From positions 1 through 64,000 of IMG/VR virus record IMGVR_UViG_3300042691_028354: a DNA stretch of 64,000 nt. The stretch is one strand, 5' to 3'. Each line of letters begins with the position of its first letter. The stretch's first letter is position 1. The notes beneath the pieces were generated by a model that searched no databases, was not told the DNA's origin, and was given only the letters and a program-made list of their open reading frames with translations. Positions 27,751 through 36,992 of the stretch are shown here, piece after piece. The translations under genes and the position numbers were made by a program. This DNA comes from a virus.

Positions 27751-30700
27751 TCACGGGTCAAGCAGACGGCCGCGCTCGTCGGTGATTCCACGAATGACGT
27801 CCATCTCACGCTTGGAGTACTCGGACTCAAACACGCTCTGAACTTCCTCGAAGAGGTCCATCATTCGCTCGTAGACTTCATCGCCTCCATCTGGAAGCTC
27901 ATCGGCCCGAAATGCCGCACTCTCCAAGAGGTCGTAGTACTCCTTGGGATCAATGCTGCCCCCACCCAGTCGATCAAGGGCGTCCACCTGGACTTCAAAG
28001 AGTCTCAACTTGGTGGCGTCGTCTACGCCCGAAGCATCCTGAGCATCGACAAGCTTGTCAATCAGCTCAACAACCTTCTTCTCTCGGGTAAAGGGCTTCA
28101 ACTCGAAGGCTTCATCAAGTTGTGACCGAATGTCATCAACGGGGTTGGCCTTGGACGACTTGCGAGACGGTCCACCCATGTCGTCGACATAGCTGTCGTA
28201 GTTCGCCAAGAGTGCCAGTAGGCGACCCTTCATGTTCTGGTACTTGCCCGTATCAAGGAGGTCGCGAATCTCGGACGGACTGAGGTCGTCAAGCACGCTG
28301 GCGTCGATACTCATCTGCTCAAGCAGATTCGCAACATCATCACGAGCCTGAGCGACCGCGCCGACGTACTCCTCGAAGGCGTCCTCGTCGTCTTCTTCCA
28401 CCTCATTGGCAGCCCTCTCGACTGCGTAGAAGTCAAGCGGACCTTCAGCGTTGAGATCTACGTCGTAGTCGTCAAAGAGGTCGGCTGTTTCAGTCTTGAG
28501 GTCGGCCCATTCTTGGTCCACATCGTCGCGAAGTTCGGGCTTGACGAAGTTGGAGGTGATCAAATCGGACAAACCCTTGTTGGTGTCCTTGGGAAGGAGG
28601 CCGTCAGGAGTGTCTCGATAACTGTCCACCAAGGGTTGGATCTGGAACGGGTAGTCAACTGCTCCGCCAACCCCCGAAAGGTTCCCCTTCAAGACGGTGC
28701 CGTCGCCGCCACCGAGCAGCGCACTGAGTTCATCTGCGACATCAGTGGTCGGTGGGTCAACGAAGTAAGTCGTTAGTTCCGGCTTGTCAAGGTTCTTGCC
28801 ATCGCGACGAAGCACGAGAACGTCAAGGTTCCTAGCGCCTCGAGTGGCGGTTACGGCCACAGTTTGTTTATCGCCCGACATGTAGAGACCGTTGCCGACA
28901 TTGATGCGCGAGCGTTCCCTGGCGCGCTCCATGTCAATGATCTCGTTTATGTTCTTGCGTCCCTTGTCTCCATCCTGAGCAAACAGGTCAGCAAGAGCCG
29001 TGTTCACCTTGCCCCGGAGCCTTGAGACTGACTGCTTGTCGTTGGGGTACGGGCTGAACAGTTCCGGCGCCCATGCCTCGTCTTCTGGTGTCAGTTGCTC
29101 AAGGATGCCTGGGAGTTGGTTGTCAATACGATCACGCAGTGTGTCCGTGATGCGACTCCGTGTCGCTGAATCAATGCCTGCTGCCTTCATAGCATCATCG
29201 TATGAATCAATGTCGAAATCCGCAAGGTCTGATAGGCGATCGAATGCTTCATCGTCCGACATGTCGCCATAGAAGGTGCGACCCTGATCGCTAGAGCGCA
29301 TCGAGAATGGCTCAGTCCATGGCTCGCCCGGGTTGAAGACACCTTTGTCGCCACCCATGGCACGGAACTGCATGGAGCCGCCGACGTCAATGCGATGGAT
29401 CTTGTCGTCATCGTCAAGGATGACGTTGTCGCCGACAAGGCCGAAGACATCCCAACTCGAGGCAAGAGCGTCGTAGGCGAAGCCGTCTCGAGCCTGCTCT
29501 TGAAGGGCTTCGGTCATTCCGTCGTCACCGATCGGTTTGCCAAGCCCGCCATCTTTGGTCTGCACGGCCTTCTTGGCGATGTACCACTTGCCGTTGCTCT
29601 CATAGATGCCCGTCTCGTCGGTAGCGAGACCGGCAGTCTTGTAGAAGAGGTGGGCAGACATCTCGTTCTGAGCATGAGCCTCGGACTTCGCCGGCTTGAC
29701 AAGGTATCGCTGACCCTTGTCGTCGGTGTACCAGCGACCACCCTGAGACCCAAGAGGACCCGAGCCTCGCTCCATTGCCTTGAACTCGTCGGCCGACGGA
29801 AGGCCGTTCAGGAGCTTCCCGGCGCGACCAGTCGGTCGCTCGGGGGGTTCTGGGGTATCACCCGCTGGCGGCTTCGGGGGCTTCGGGGGCGTGGGTGGTT
29901 TATTGCTGCCACCTCCGCCAGGTTTGAGCTTTGAGGGTTTCCGGTCATACCAACCCATTTGACGCTTGACGGATTCGGGGAGATCGGATCCAATCGGCTT
30001 CCGAGTTGGGGCTACACGATCAAGATCTGCCGCAGACGGGAGCTTCAATGCGGGCTTGCCGGAATCGCTTGGCTTGCTCGTCACATTGCGCATGGCAGTG
30101 GTTCCCTCTTGAACCACGCCATCACCGTCAGCATCTCGGGCCTTGGGATTGACAGCCTGCTGAATCAACTTTCGAGTGCCGCGACCCTTACCGCCGCCCG
30201 CGCTGGAGTTGCTCAGTTTGCGCAACTTTCCCAGCGCGGACTTACGGTCAAAAGGGACGGCATCACCGTCCTCGGTGCCGTAAAGGTCAAGAGACTTGAC
30301 TCGCAGTTCATCGCCATGGCCGTCGACAAGCGTCGCAACGGCGTCAATCAGTTCCTGGCTGTCTGCCTTGATCGCGATCCACGATCCGTCTGCGGTGTCC
30401 AGTGACACTTCGGCGCCGTGGTATTCGGCGATGGAATCAAGGAGCGACTTCAGTCCGAACATGGCGTCCGGTGTGGTTCCGAGGACAAGGTAATCATCAC
30501 CCTTGCGCTCAAGACCGGTGGAAGCATCTCCCTCATTGAGGATCTCGGTGAGCAGATTGATCGCATCGCGAAGGCGCTCCATGTTGCGCCCGGCGACGGT
30601 TCGGCCGACCTTGACGTCGAGCTGTTCCATGATGTCGTCGTAAGCGACCTTCTTGCCCCGGCGACGTCGTTCGTTTTGGCGAGCGGCAAGCATGTTGCGC

Positions 30701-32478
30701 TGGTTCTGGTACTTGCGAAGTGCTTGGACTCGCTTGCGGTGCTCTGTCGGAACCTCACGCATAGCGTTGGGGTCATCGAACGAGCCGACGGGGTAGCGAC
30801 CACCATCTCTGAGTTCAACAAAGCCCGAGCCGTCTTCTTCAATCCGAGCATGGGTGTCGTACTTGTCAATGCGGTAGCGGCGAGAGCTGTTGTCAATCTC
30901 GCCACGAGGTTTGACGGTTGGCCGTTTAGGCTTCCGCAGTAGGTAGTTTCTGTCCCTTTGCGGCTTTTTGAATGGGGGCTTTGTCGGCTTCTTGGGAGCA
31001 GCAGTCTCGCGATCGGTGCCATCAAAGATGACGCCGTCTCCATCGCGATCGACTTCGTCAACTACAGAGCTGCCGCCGACCCTGCCAGCGATCTGCTTGA
31101 CGCCGCACATGCCCTTGCCGCCACATCCGCATCCACAGTCCTTGTCGCCGGCCATGCCTGCGCCTGGACCGGGAACGTCGGGGGCTTCGGAACCGTATTC
31201 TTCATCGTCCTCATCCTCCACGGGGATGTAGACAGTCTCGGCTCGGACTTCTTCGGCCGAACCGACCATGATGAGGCCGCGTTCGGAATGCCACGATGCC
31301 CGCATTGTCATGGGTTCGCCGTCGTGCATGTGGTCGAACACCACTGTGTTACGACTCATGTCGCGAATCTTGACGGGACCGCCGTACTCCTCGGCAATGG
31401 CGTCGGCAAGGTTTTCGGCCATTGAGACCTGTGGGTCCACTACAAACCCATCGCCGCCTTCGCCGTAGTCTTCGTCGTCCTCTTCGTAGTCCTCGTCGTA
31501 GTCTTTGTCGTCGCCTTCGATTGACACTGCGTATTTGTCGCCATAGCGATCGGCGATGAACTCCATGAGGCCTTCCGCCATCTCCCGCACGGCATCGTCG
31601 CCCTTCTCATTCTTCGCTTCGAGCTTGGCGATTGCCTCGCGAATCACGTCCTTCATGTAGCCCTCGCCGCGGGATCCGACGGCCAGCCACTTCATTTGAG
31701 CGACGACGCCCGGAAGGCGGAAGTCCTGCTTGTGTCGGGCGACCCACGCTTCGCGGAGCTCTAGTGCTGCGACCTCGGTGTCGGTCGTTGCTTTGCCGCC
31801 GCGCTTGGCGATCGGTAGGAGCTTGGCGTACTGGTCGTTTCCTCGGATGTTCCCACCCTTGGCCCAGATCGTCGGATACTTCTCCTTGACCATTTGGGCG
31901 AACTCGGGGTCGAACAGGTTCCACTCGCTCTTGCGGAACGAATCCACCTGATTCTCTTCGTCCTGCATTTCGCTCTTGATCGAGATCGTCGCTGTGAGCT
32001 GATTCGCCCCATGAAGCACCGGGCTGACTTCGTAGAGTTCGAGTTCCTTCAGTAGGTTCGCCTGGCGCTGGGACGAGTAGATCGAGTCGAGGGTCTTGTA
32101 CCCGATTGACCATTCCTGCTCCTCCCCAAAGAACAAGATGTCGTTGAATGCTTCACGGCCACGCTCTGACCGGAGGTTGAACTGAACCTTGGCGAAGAGG
32201 CCACCTACACCGGCCTTCTTCATCTTGGCGGGCAGGCGAGGATCGCTCGCCGGCACCTCGTACATGTCGATGACCTTGCCGATGGGCTTGTTCCAGTCAT
32301 GGCCCCAGACGACACGAGGCTTGCGGCGCTTCAGGCTTGACGTGAAGGCACCCGGCATGACGATGTCGCCGACCGAGTCCTTGTTGCCCACGGCAGCCAC
32401 GAAGCACTCAACGATGCCCATGGCCTCGTCGATGGAAAGTTGGCCACTCATGGCCTTGAACTGGAGTGAATCACCCAT
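27751..32478 (-). CDS. HK97-type prohead protease fused to about 1400 aa of cargo, including a kinase-like domain
   Basis: N-terminal GNKDSVGDIV.PGAF, WGHDWNKPIG, WSIGY, LYEVSPV..GAN; later GSQGG..Y..YLVKP...NE...WDVFG..DN...RIDVGG. Confidence 0.88.
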   Translation of the reverse strand: MGDSLQFKAMSGQLSIDEAMGIVECFVAAVGNKDSVGDIVMPGAFTSSLKRRKPRVVWGHDWNKPIGKVIDMYEVPASDPRLPAKMKKAGVGGLFAKVQFNLRSERGREAFNDILFFGEEQEWSIGYKTLDSIYSSQRQANLLKELELYEVSPVLHGANQLTATISIKSEMQDEENQVDSFRKSEWNLFDPEFAQMVKEKYPTIWAKGGNIRGNDQYAKLLPIAKRGGKATTDTEVAALELREAWVARHKQDFRLPGVVAQMKWLAVGSRGEGYMKDVIREAIAKLEAKNEKGDDAVREMAEGLMEFIADRYGDKYAVSIEGDDKDYDEDYEEDDEDYGEGGDGFVVDPQVSMAENLADAIAEEYGGPVKIRDMSRNTVVFDHMHDGEPMTMRASWHSERGLIMVGSAEEVRAETVYIPVEDEDDEEYGSEAPDVPGPGAGMAGDKDCGCGCGGKGMCGVKQIAGRVGGSSVVDEVDRDGDGVIFDGTDRETAAPKKPTKPPFKKPQRDRNYLLRKPKRPTVKPRGEIDNSSRRYRIDKYDTHARIEEDGSGFVELRDGGRYPVGSFDDPNAMREVPTEHRKRVQALRKYQNQRNMLAARQNERRRRGKKVAYDDIMEQLDVKVGRTVAGRNMERLRDAINLLTEILNEGDASTGLERKGDDYLVLGTTPDAMFGLKSLLDSIAEYHGAEVSLDTADGSWIAIKADSQELIDAVATLVDGHGDELRVKSLDLYGTEDGDAVPFDRKSALGKLRKLSNSSAGGGKGRGTRKLIQQAVNPKARDADGDGVVQEGTTAMRNVTSKPSDSGKPALKLPSAADLDRVAPTRKPIGSDLPESVKRQMGWYDRKPSKLKPGGGGSNKPPTPPKPPKPPAGDTPEPPERPTGRAGKLLNGLPSADEFKAMERGSGPLGSQGGRWYTDDKGQRYLVKPAKSEAHAQNEMSAHLFYKTAGLATDETGIYESNGKWYIAKKAVQTKDGGLGKPIGDDGMTEALQEQARDGFAYDALASSWDVFGLVGDNVILDDDDKIHRIDVGGSMQFRAMGGDKGVFNPGEPWTEPFSMRSSDQGRTFYGDMSDDEAFDRLSDLADFDIDSYDDAMKAAGIDSATRSRITDTLRDRIDNQLPGILEQLTPEDEAWAPELFSPYPNDKQSVSRLRGKVNTALADLFAQDGDKGRKNINEIIDMERARERSRINVGNGLYMSGDKQTVAVTATRGARNLDVLVLRRDGKNLDKPELTTYFVDPPTTDVADELSALLGGGDGTVLKGNLSGVGGAVDYPFQIQPLVDSYRDTPDGLLPKDTNKGLSDLITSNFVKPELRDDVDQEWADLKTETADLFDDYDVDLNAEGPLDFYAVERAANEVEEDDEDAFEEYVGAVAQARDDVANLLEQMSIDASVLDDLSPSEIRDLLDTGKYQNMKGRLLALLANYDSYVDDMGGPSRKSSKANPVDDIRSQLDEAFELKPFTREKKVVELIDKLVDAQDASGVDDATKLRLFEVQVDALDRLGGGSIDPKEYYDLLESAAFRADELPDGGDEVYERMMDLFEEVQSVFESEYSKREMDVIRGITDERGRLLDP

Positions 32479-32587
32479 ACCGAAGGACCTCGCTTTACTT
32501 GAGGTCAAAGAGTAGTAGGCGATGTATACGGAAACGGGAACGACTATACGGATTTACACGTCTTCCCAGTTGAGGGAGTTTCCGTAT

Positions 32588-34870
32588 TTAGGATCGGTAT
32601 CGCAAGCGACAGCGACACGCAAGACTCAATGACGCTGGTGCCATCGGGTCTCCCGGGAAGCGCAGTGGCATCCCGTTCACCTTGAACGACTGGCCCATTT
32701 GCACGGTCGTCCCATCAAGTGAACGGTGGGCGGGTCTCACCCGATCATCGCGACGGGTTACCCATGTCTTTTCAAGGAGGCCCGAGCGTTGACCGGCAAG
32801 ATAGAGGCCACCATTGAAGGCGCTTTGTCCCTCGATCTGAGAGATTCGGTTGCGGCGACCACCAAGGAGTTCCACGAACACCGCAGCCAATCCGGCAAGA
32901 AGGAGGGCATGGCCCGAGTCAACGCCATCGCTTGCCGCAAGAGTCTTGGCGGCGAAGACGGCAGCGGCAATCTTCTCCTGTGTGGTTGAGTTTGCCTGCT
33001 GGACCCGTTGGGCTTGCTGGTCGGCAAGGCCGGTGAACTCCTCATCGCGAGCGATTTCCGTATTTGTCTTCTCTCCTACGAGAGCGGACGCCTCGGCCAT
33101 GATGCCGGCGAGTACGGGAGTTACGTCTTCAGCAGTTTGGCGATTCCAGCCAGGGAGGTCGAAGAGTTGTTCTGTTGTTAGACGACCTTCGGCGATGGCC
33201 TTGCGGGCCTTTGACCCACGGGCCTTCTCCATTACGACGCGCTGCTGGCGCTCATAGAGGCGTTCAAGGGTGCGATCAAGAATCTGCTCCCACCGTTCGG
33301 TAGCCGTGTCGGCCTTGGTCTCGAAGTCTTCGTCAAAGATCGCCTGTTTCAGCGTCTTTAGTTGTGGTGCATCCGCAGGGGGTCGGCGAGCACCGTCTAG
33401 GGATGGTGCGGTCGGGTCATTTTCCTGGGCTGCGGGCGCCATGTCCGCCTCATCGACGATGGTGACACCCTCCGGCAATGGCGGTTCAGCCGAGCCTGCG
33501 TCCGGCGGAGCCGGAGCCTCGGCCGGCGCTTCGGGTGCGACCTCGGAGACGCCCTCGGGGAGTGGCTGCTCAGCCGGAGGAGCCCCAGGGTCGCCCGGCA
33601 TGGCACCCATGGCTTGCTGCTGCGTGGCGGGATCGACGTAGGGCATCTCGCGTTCGGTGTTACCGATCGGTGCGAGGTTCGGGTTGGCCAGCATGGAGTC
33701 GGCAAGGTCGGATTCAACTGGATCTCGGCCGGTCCCTGCTCGGTACTCGTTGGCAGTGATCAGGCCGTTGTTGAACTCCTGAAGGAGATACTGCTCACGC
33801 TCCTGCTTAGCGAGAATGAGAATCGGGACATTGGAGTTGTCAAACTCAAACCAAAGTTTGGGGTCAAGGGGATCAAAGCCTCGAGCCAGCATCTCAAGAT
33901 GCGGCTGCATGGTCTCCATCCAAAACACCCGAAGTTCCTCGGCGGCATTTGAGAAGGTCCGTCCACTGGCATTGCCGATGACTGATTCCGGCACGCCGAA
34001 GGCGGCAAGGATCTCTTCCTTGGTGAGTCGACGCATCTCCACGTAGGCGGCGTCACGAGGATTCGAGCCGGTGTCTACGTAGTCGGCGCCCTCCTCGGAA
34101 GCGATAACGGTGGTGCCACCGGCACGGCCGATGTTGCCTCGGAAGCGGCTTCGGAGTTCTTCTTTGTCCTCTTCGTCCATGTCGCCACGAACAACCAGAA
34201 GGCCACCGGGGCGGCCGTCGTTGACAAGGAAGTTGCGGTTGTAGAACTTGGCCAGATTCTCGATCTCGATGGCCACGCCGGCAGATTCCATGGGGGTCAT
34301 GGACAGGTAGGGATCAAGTGGGTGTGGGTGGCGGAACCAAAGGACCTGCTCGGGCTTGAGGATCGTGCGCTGTCCACTCGGCATCAGCACCTCGTAGCCA
34401 GAGACGAACTTGCGCGGGTCGGGGATCGGACTGGTGTGTTGCGGGGGAAGCAGATGGAGGGCAGTTGGCCTGCCATCACGACCGGAGATGATCTCCACGA
34501 ACGCGCCGCGAGTACTCAGCAACATTTGGGCTGAGAGTCGATGGCGGAAGATGAAACTGTTCTCGCCTGGGTTGGACGCCATGTTGAATAGCTTGAGAAT
34601 GCTGGCGTCATCGACGATGGGGCCGACGGGGGAGTTGTTGTTGCGTGCTCTGACTGGGAGGCGAGCCTGATTGCCGGCGATGGCGTCCACGGCACGGAAC
34701 AGCCATGTGACGCGCTTCATGCCATCGCGATAGGCCCGTTCGATGTCCCACCCGTCGTGGTAGCCGCGATCTATCGCCAGGGACGGATTCGTGGAGACGG
34801 GCGCGCCATAAGGGATGGCCTTTTGGCCGCCATTGCCAATCCCTTTGTTGTTCGGCGTGTTCCAGCCCAT
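32588..34870 (-). CDS. HK97-family portal protein fused to a C-terminal MuF (SPP1 gp7-like) domain
   Basis: FYNRNFLVNDGRPGG, EILAAFGVPESVIG, ITANEYR; C-terminal KTWVTRRDDRVRPAH...LRFPGDP...CRC. Confidence 0.9.
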   Translation of the reverse strand: MGWNTPNNKGIGNGGQKAIPYGAPVSTNPSLAIDRGYHDGWDIERAYRDGMKRVTWLFRAVDAIAGNQARLPVRARNNNSPVGPIVDDASILKLFNMASNPGENSFIFRHRLSAQMLLSTRGAFVEIISGRDGRPTALHLLPPQHTSPIPDPRKFVSGYEVLMPSGQRTILKPEQVLWFRHPHPLDPYLSMTPMESAGVAIEIENLAKFYNRNFLVNDGRPGGLLVVRGDMDEEDKEELRSRFRGNIGRAGGTTVIASEEGADYVDTGSNPRDAAYVEMRRLTKEEILAAFGVPESVIGNASGRTFSNAAEELRVFWMETMQPHLEMLARGFDPLDPKLWFEFDNSNVPILILAKQEREQYLLQEFNNGLITANEYRAGTGRDPVESDLADSMLANPNLAPIGNTEREMPYVDPATQQQAMGAMPGDPGAPPAEQPLPEGVSEVAPEAPAEAPAPPDAGSAEPPLPEGVTIVDEADMAPAAQENDPTAPSLDGARRPPADAPQLKTLKQAIFDEDFETKADTATERWEQILDRTLERLYERQQRVVMEKARGSKARKAIAEGRLTTEQLFDLPGWNRQTAEDVTPVLAGIMAEASALVGEKTNTEIARDEEFTGLADQQAQRVQQANSTTQEKIAAAVFAAKTLAASDGVDSGHALLLAGLAAVFVELLGGRRNRISQIEGQSAFNGGLYLAGQRSGLLEKTWVTRRDDRVRPAHRSLDGTTVQMGQSFKVNGMPLRFPGDPMAPASLSLACRCRLRYRS

Positions 34871-35064
34871 CACTCAGCCCCAAGTAGGTAACCGACGAAT
34901 CCACATGTCACGCCTAGCGTGATCCACCCCGCAGGTGGGTAGATCATGGCAACCCCGACGCTAGTAGTAATGATAAATGTCAGCATGAGGGCGTAGGCCG
35001 CAACCGATCGTAAAGTGATGCTAGCGAACAGCATTGCGCGAAGGTTTGAGAGCAGTTTGGTCAT
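34870..35064 (-). CDS. Small two-TM membrane protein immediately upstream of the portal
   Basis: Hydrophobic; typical position in HK97-like head modules. Confidence 0.75.
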   Translation of the reverse strand: MTKLLSNLRAMLFASITLRSVAAYALMLTFIITTSVGVAMIYPPAGWITLGVTCGFVGYLLGAE

Positions 35065-35130
35065 AGACGCATTCCGTGGTCGGGCTAAACTAGATTAGCC
35101 CTGACTCTAGTAGATGCGCCGGACGACATT

Positions 35131-36444
35131 ATGAGTGAACCAAACTGGCTTGAGGTGCTTGAGTACCTAAAGCCGAAGACACCGCCGTACTGTCCTGAGC
35201 CTCCATCGGTTCAGCAGTTGGTCTTTCTTCGCACGAATGCGATCGAGGGACTGTTCGGCGGAGCGGCCGGAGGTGGCAAGTCAAGCGCACTGCTCATGGC
35301 TGCGTTGCAGTACGTGGAGGTCCCCGGCTACTCGGCGCTGTTGTTTCGTCGCACGCTCGCCGACCTCACTCTGCCCGGCGCACTCATGGACCGATTCAAG
35401 GACTGGATCGGCCCGCACGACGAGATCGGCTGGAACGCCAACACCAACACGGCGACCTTCCCTTCTGGGGCGCGCATCAGTTTCGGATACCTCAACAACA
35501 AAGAGGACTACCTCCGCTACAAGGGCACGGAAGTCCAGTTTGTCGGAATGGACGAAGTCACCGAGATACGCGAGACCGACTACCGGTACCTGTTCTCTCG
35601 TTTGCGCCGACCCTCAAGTGGCCCACTCAGTCGTGTGCCGTTGCGGATGCGGGCGGCCTCGAACCCCGCTCCAAACTGGGTGCGCCAGCGCTTCATCATT
35701 GAAGGGCCATCTAAGGGCCGGATCTTTGTTCCGTCCAAACTGACCGATAATCCTGGCGTCGACGCCGAGTCCTATCGCCGAGCGCTCGCCGAACTTGATC
35801 CGGTGGAGCGCAAGCGCCTTGAGATGGGCGACTGGTGGGCTACGAGTCTTGGCTCCATGTTCAATCGCGAGGACGTGGTGGTCATTGACCCCATGGACGT
35901 GCCGGCGAACGTGGACCGGACAACTCGGGTCGTGCGCTTTTGGGACATGGCGGCAACCGAGCCGTCTGCGTCCAACCCCGATCCCGACTGGACTGTTGGC
36001 ACACTGATGATGTTCCACGAGGGCATCGCCTACGTACTTGACGTACGTCGGGTACGGGTGCGCTCCGAGCGGGTTGAAGCCCTTATCGCCGAAACGGCCG
36101 CAGATGACGGCCCACTGGTGTCGGTCCGCATGGAGCAGGAGCCGGGTTCTTCGGGCAAGGCTCTGATTGACCAGTACGCCCGCTACGTGCTTCCTGGCTT
36201 TGACGTTCAGGGCATCCGAGCAACCGGTGACAAGGTCAGTCGAGCTCGCCCATTTGCCTCAGCAATGGCGAACGGCAACGTGCGCGTGGTGGCTGCCAGT
36301 TGGCTCAGCGATTGGCTTGACGAGTTCACATCGTTCCCGGAGTCATCGTTCCATGACGATCAGGTTGACTCCGCCGTTGGTGCGTTCACGTTCTTGACAG
36401 GACTTGGTATGCCTCAGAGAAAACGCGCTACGCTTATCGTCTGA
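35131..36444 (+). CDS. terL: Terminase large subunit
   Basis: Walker A GGAAGGGKS, Walker B VGMDE, ASNP motif, nuclease WDMA...HDDQVD. Confidence 0.93.
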   Translation: MSEPNWLEVLEYLKPKTPPYCPEPPSVQQLVFLRTNAIEGLFGGAAGGGKSSALLMAALQYVEVPGYSALLFRRTLADLTLPGALMDRFKDWIGPHDEIGWNANTNTATFPSGARISFGYLNNKEDYLRYKGTEVQFVGMDEVTEIRETDYRYLFSRLRRPSSGPLSRVPLRMRAASNPAPNWVRQRFIIEGPSKGRIFVPSKLTDNPGVDAESYRRALAELDPVERKRLEMGDWWATSLGSMFNREDVVVIDPMDVPANVDRTTRVVRFWDMAATEPSASNPDPDWTVGTLMMFHEGIAYVLDVRRVRVRSERVEALIAETAADDGPLVSVRMEQEPGSSGKALIDQYARYVLPGFDVQGIRATGDKVSRARPFASAMANGNVRVVAASWLSDWLDEFTSFPESSFHDDQVDSAVGAFTFLTGLGMPQRKRATLIV

Positions 36445-36501
36445 GTCGGGTACAGTACGACTCAGTATCCTTACCTAGCCAACAACAGGAGGTCTGCGCC
36501 T

Positions 36502-36990
36502 ATGCAGACGTCACAGCGTCCCGAACTCGAGGACGGCCTTCTTGCCCTTTACGAGGCCATCAATGGCCGACTGAAGGAAGGCGACATGGACAATGTCGCT
36601 GAGGCCTTGTTCTTCCTGAGTCGAATCAAACGCGAGATCACTGAACTCTTTGATCAAACCCAAGCGAAACTTGTCGATCTGATGGGCGACGAGCCCGAGA
36701 TCACCAGTCGCAACGTCAACTACGAGAAGAAGCAAGGCGCTCCTCGTAAGTCTTGGAACCACAAGGATCTTGGACAACTGGTCGCTGATCGCATTGTGGA
36801 CATGTCCATTGACATGGACACCGGTGAGGTCATGAAGTCAACCAACGAGATGCTCACCCAGATGCTTACCTACTGCGGAGTTTCGTACTGGCGAGTGAAG
36901 GAACTCAACAAGATCGGCATCAACGCTGACCGCTTCTGTGAAGTCGGCGAACCGAAGACATCAATCATCATCCACGCCAACGAGGAGTAG
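36502..36990 (+). CDS. Hypothetical phage protein
   Basis: AGGAGG RBS; heads the recombination cluster. Confidence 0.75.
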   Translation: MQTSQRPELEDGLLALYEAINGRLKEGDMDNVAEALFFLSRIKREITELFDQTQAKLVDLMGDEPEITSRNVNYEKKQGAPRKSWNHKDLGQLVADRIVDMSIDMDTGEVMKSTNEMLTQMLTYCGVSYWRVKELNKIGINADRFCEVGEPKTSIIIHANEE

Positions 36991-36992
36991 AC

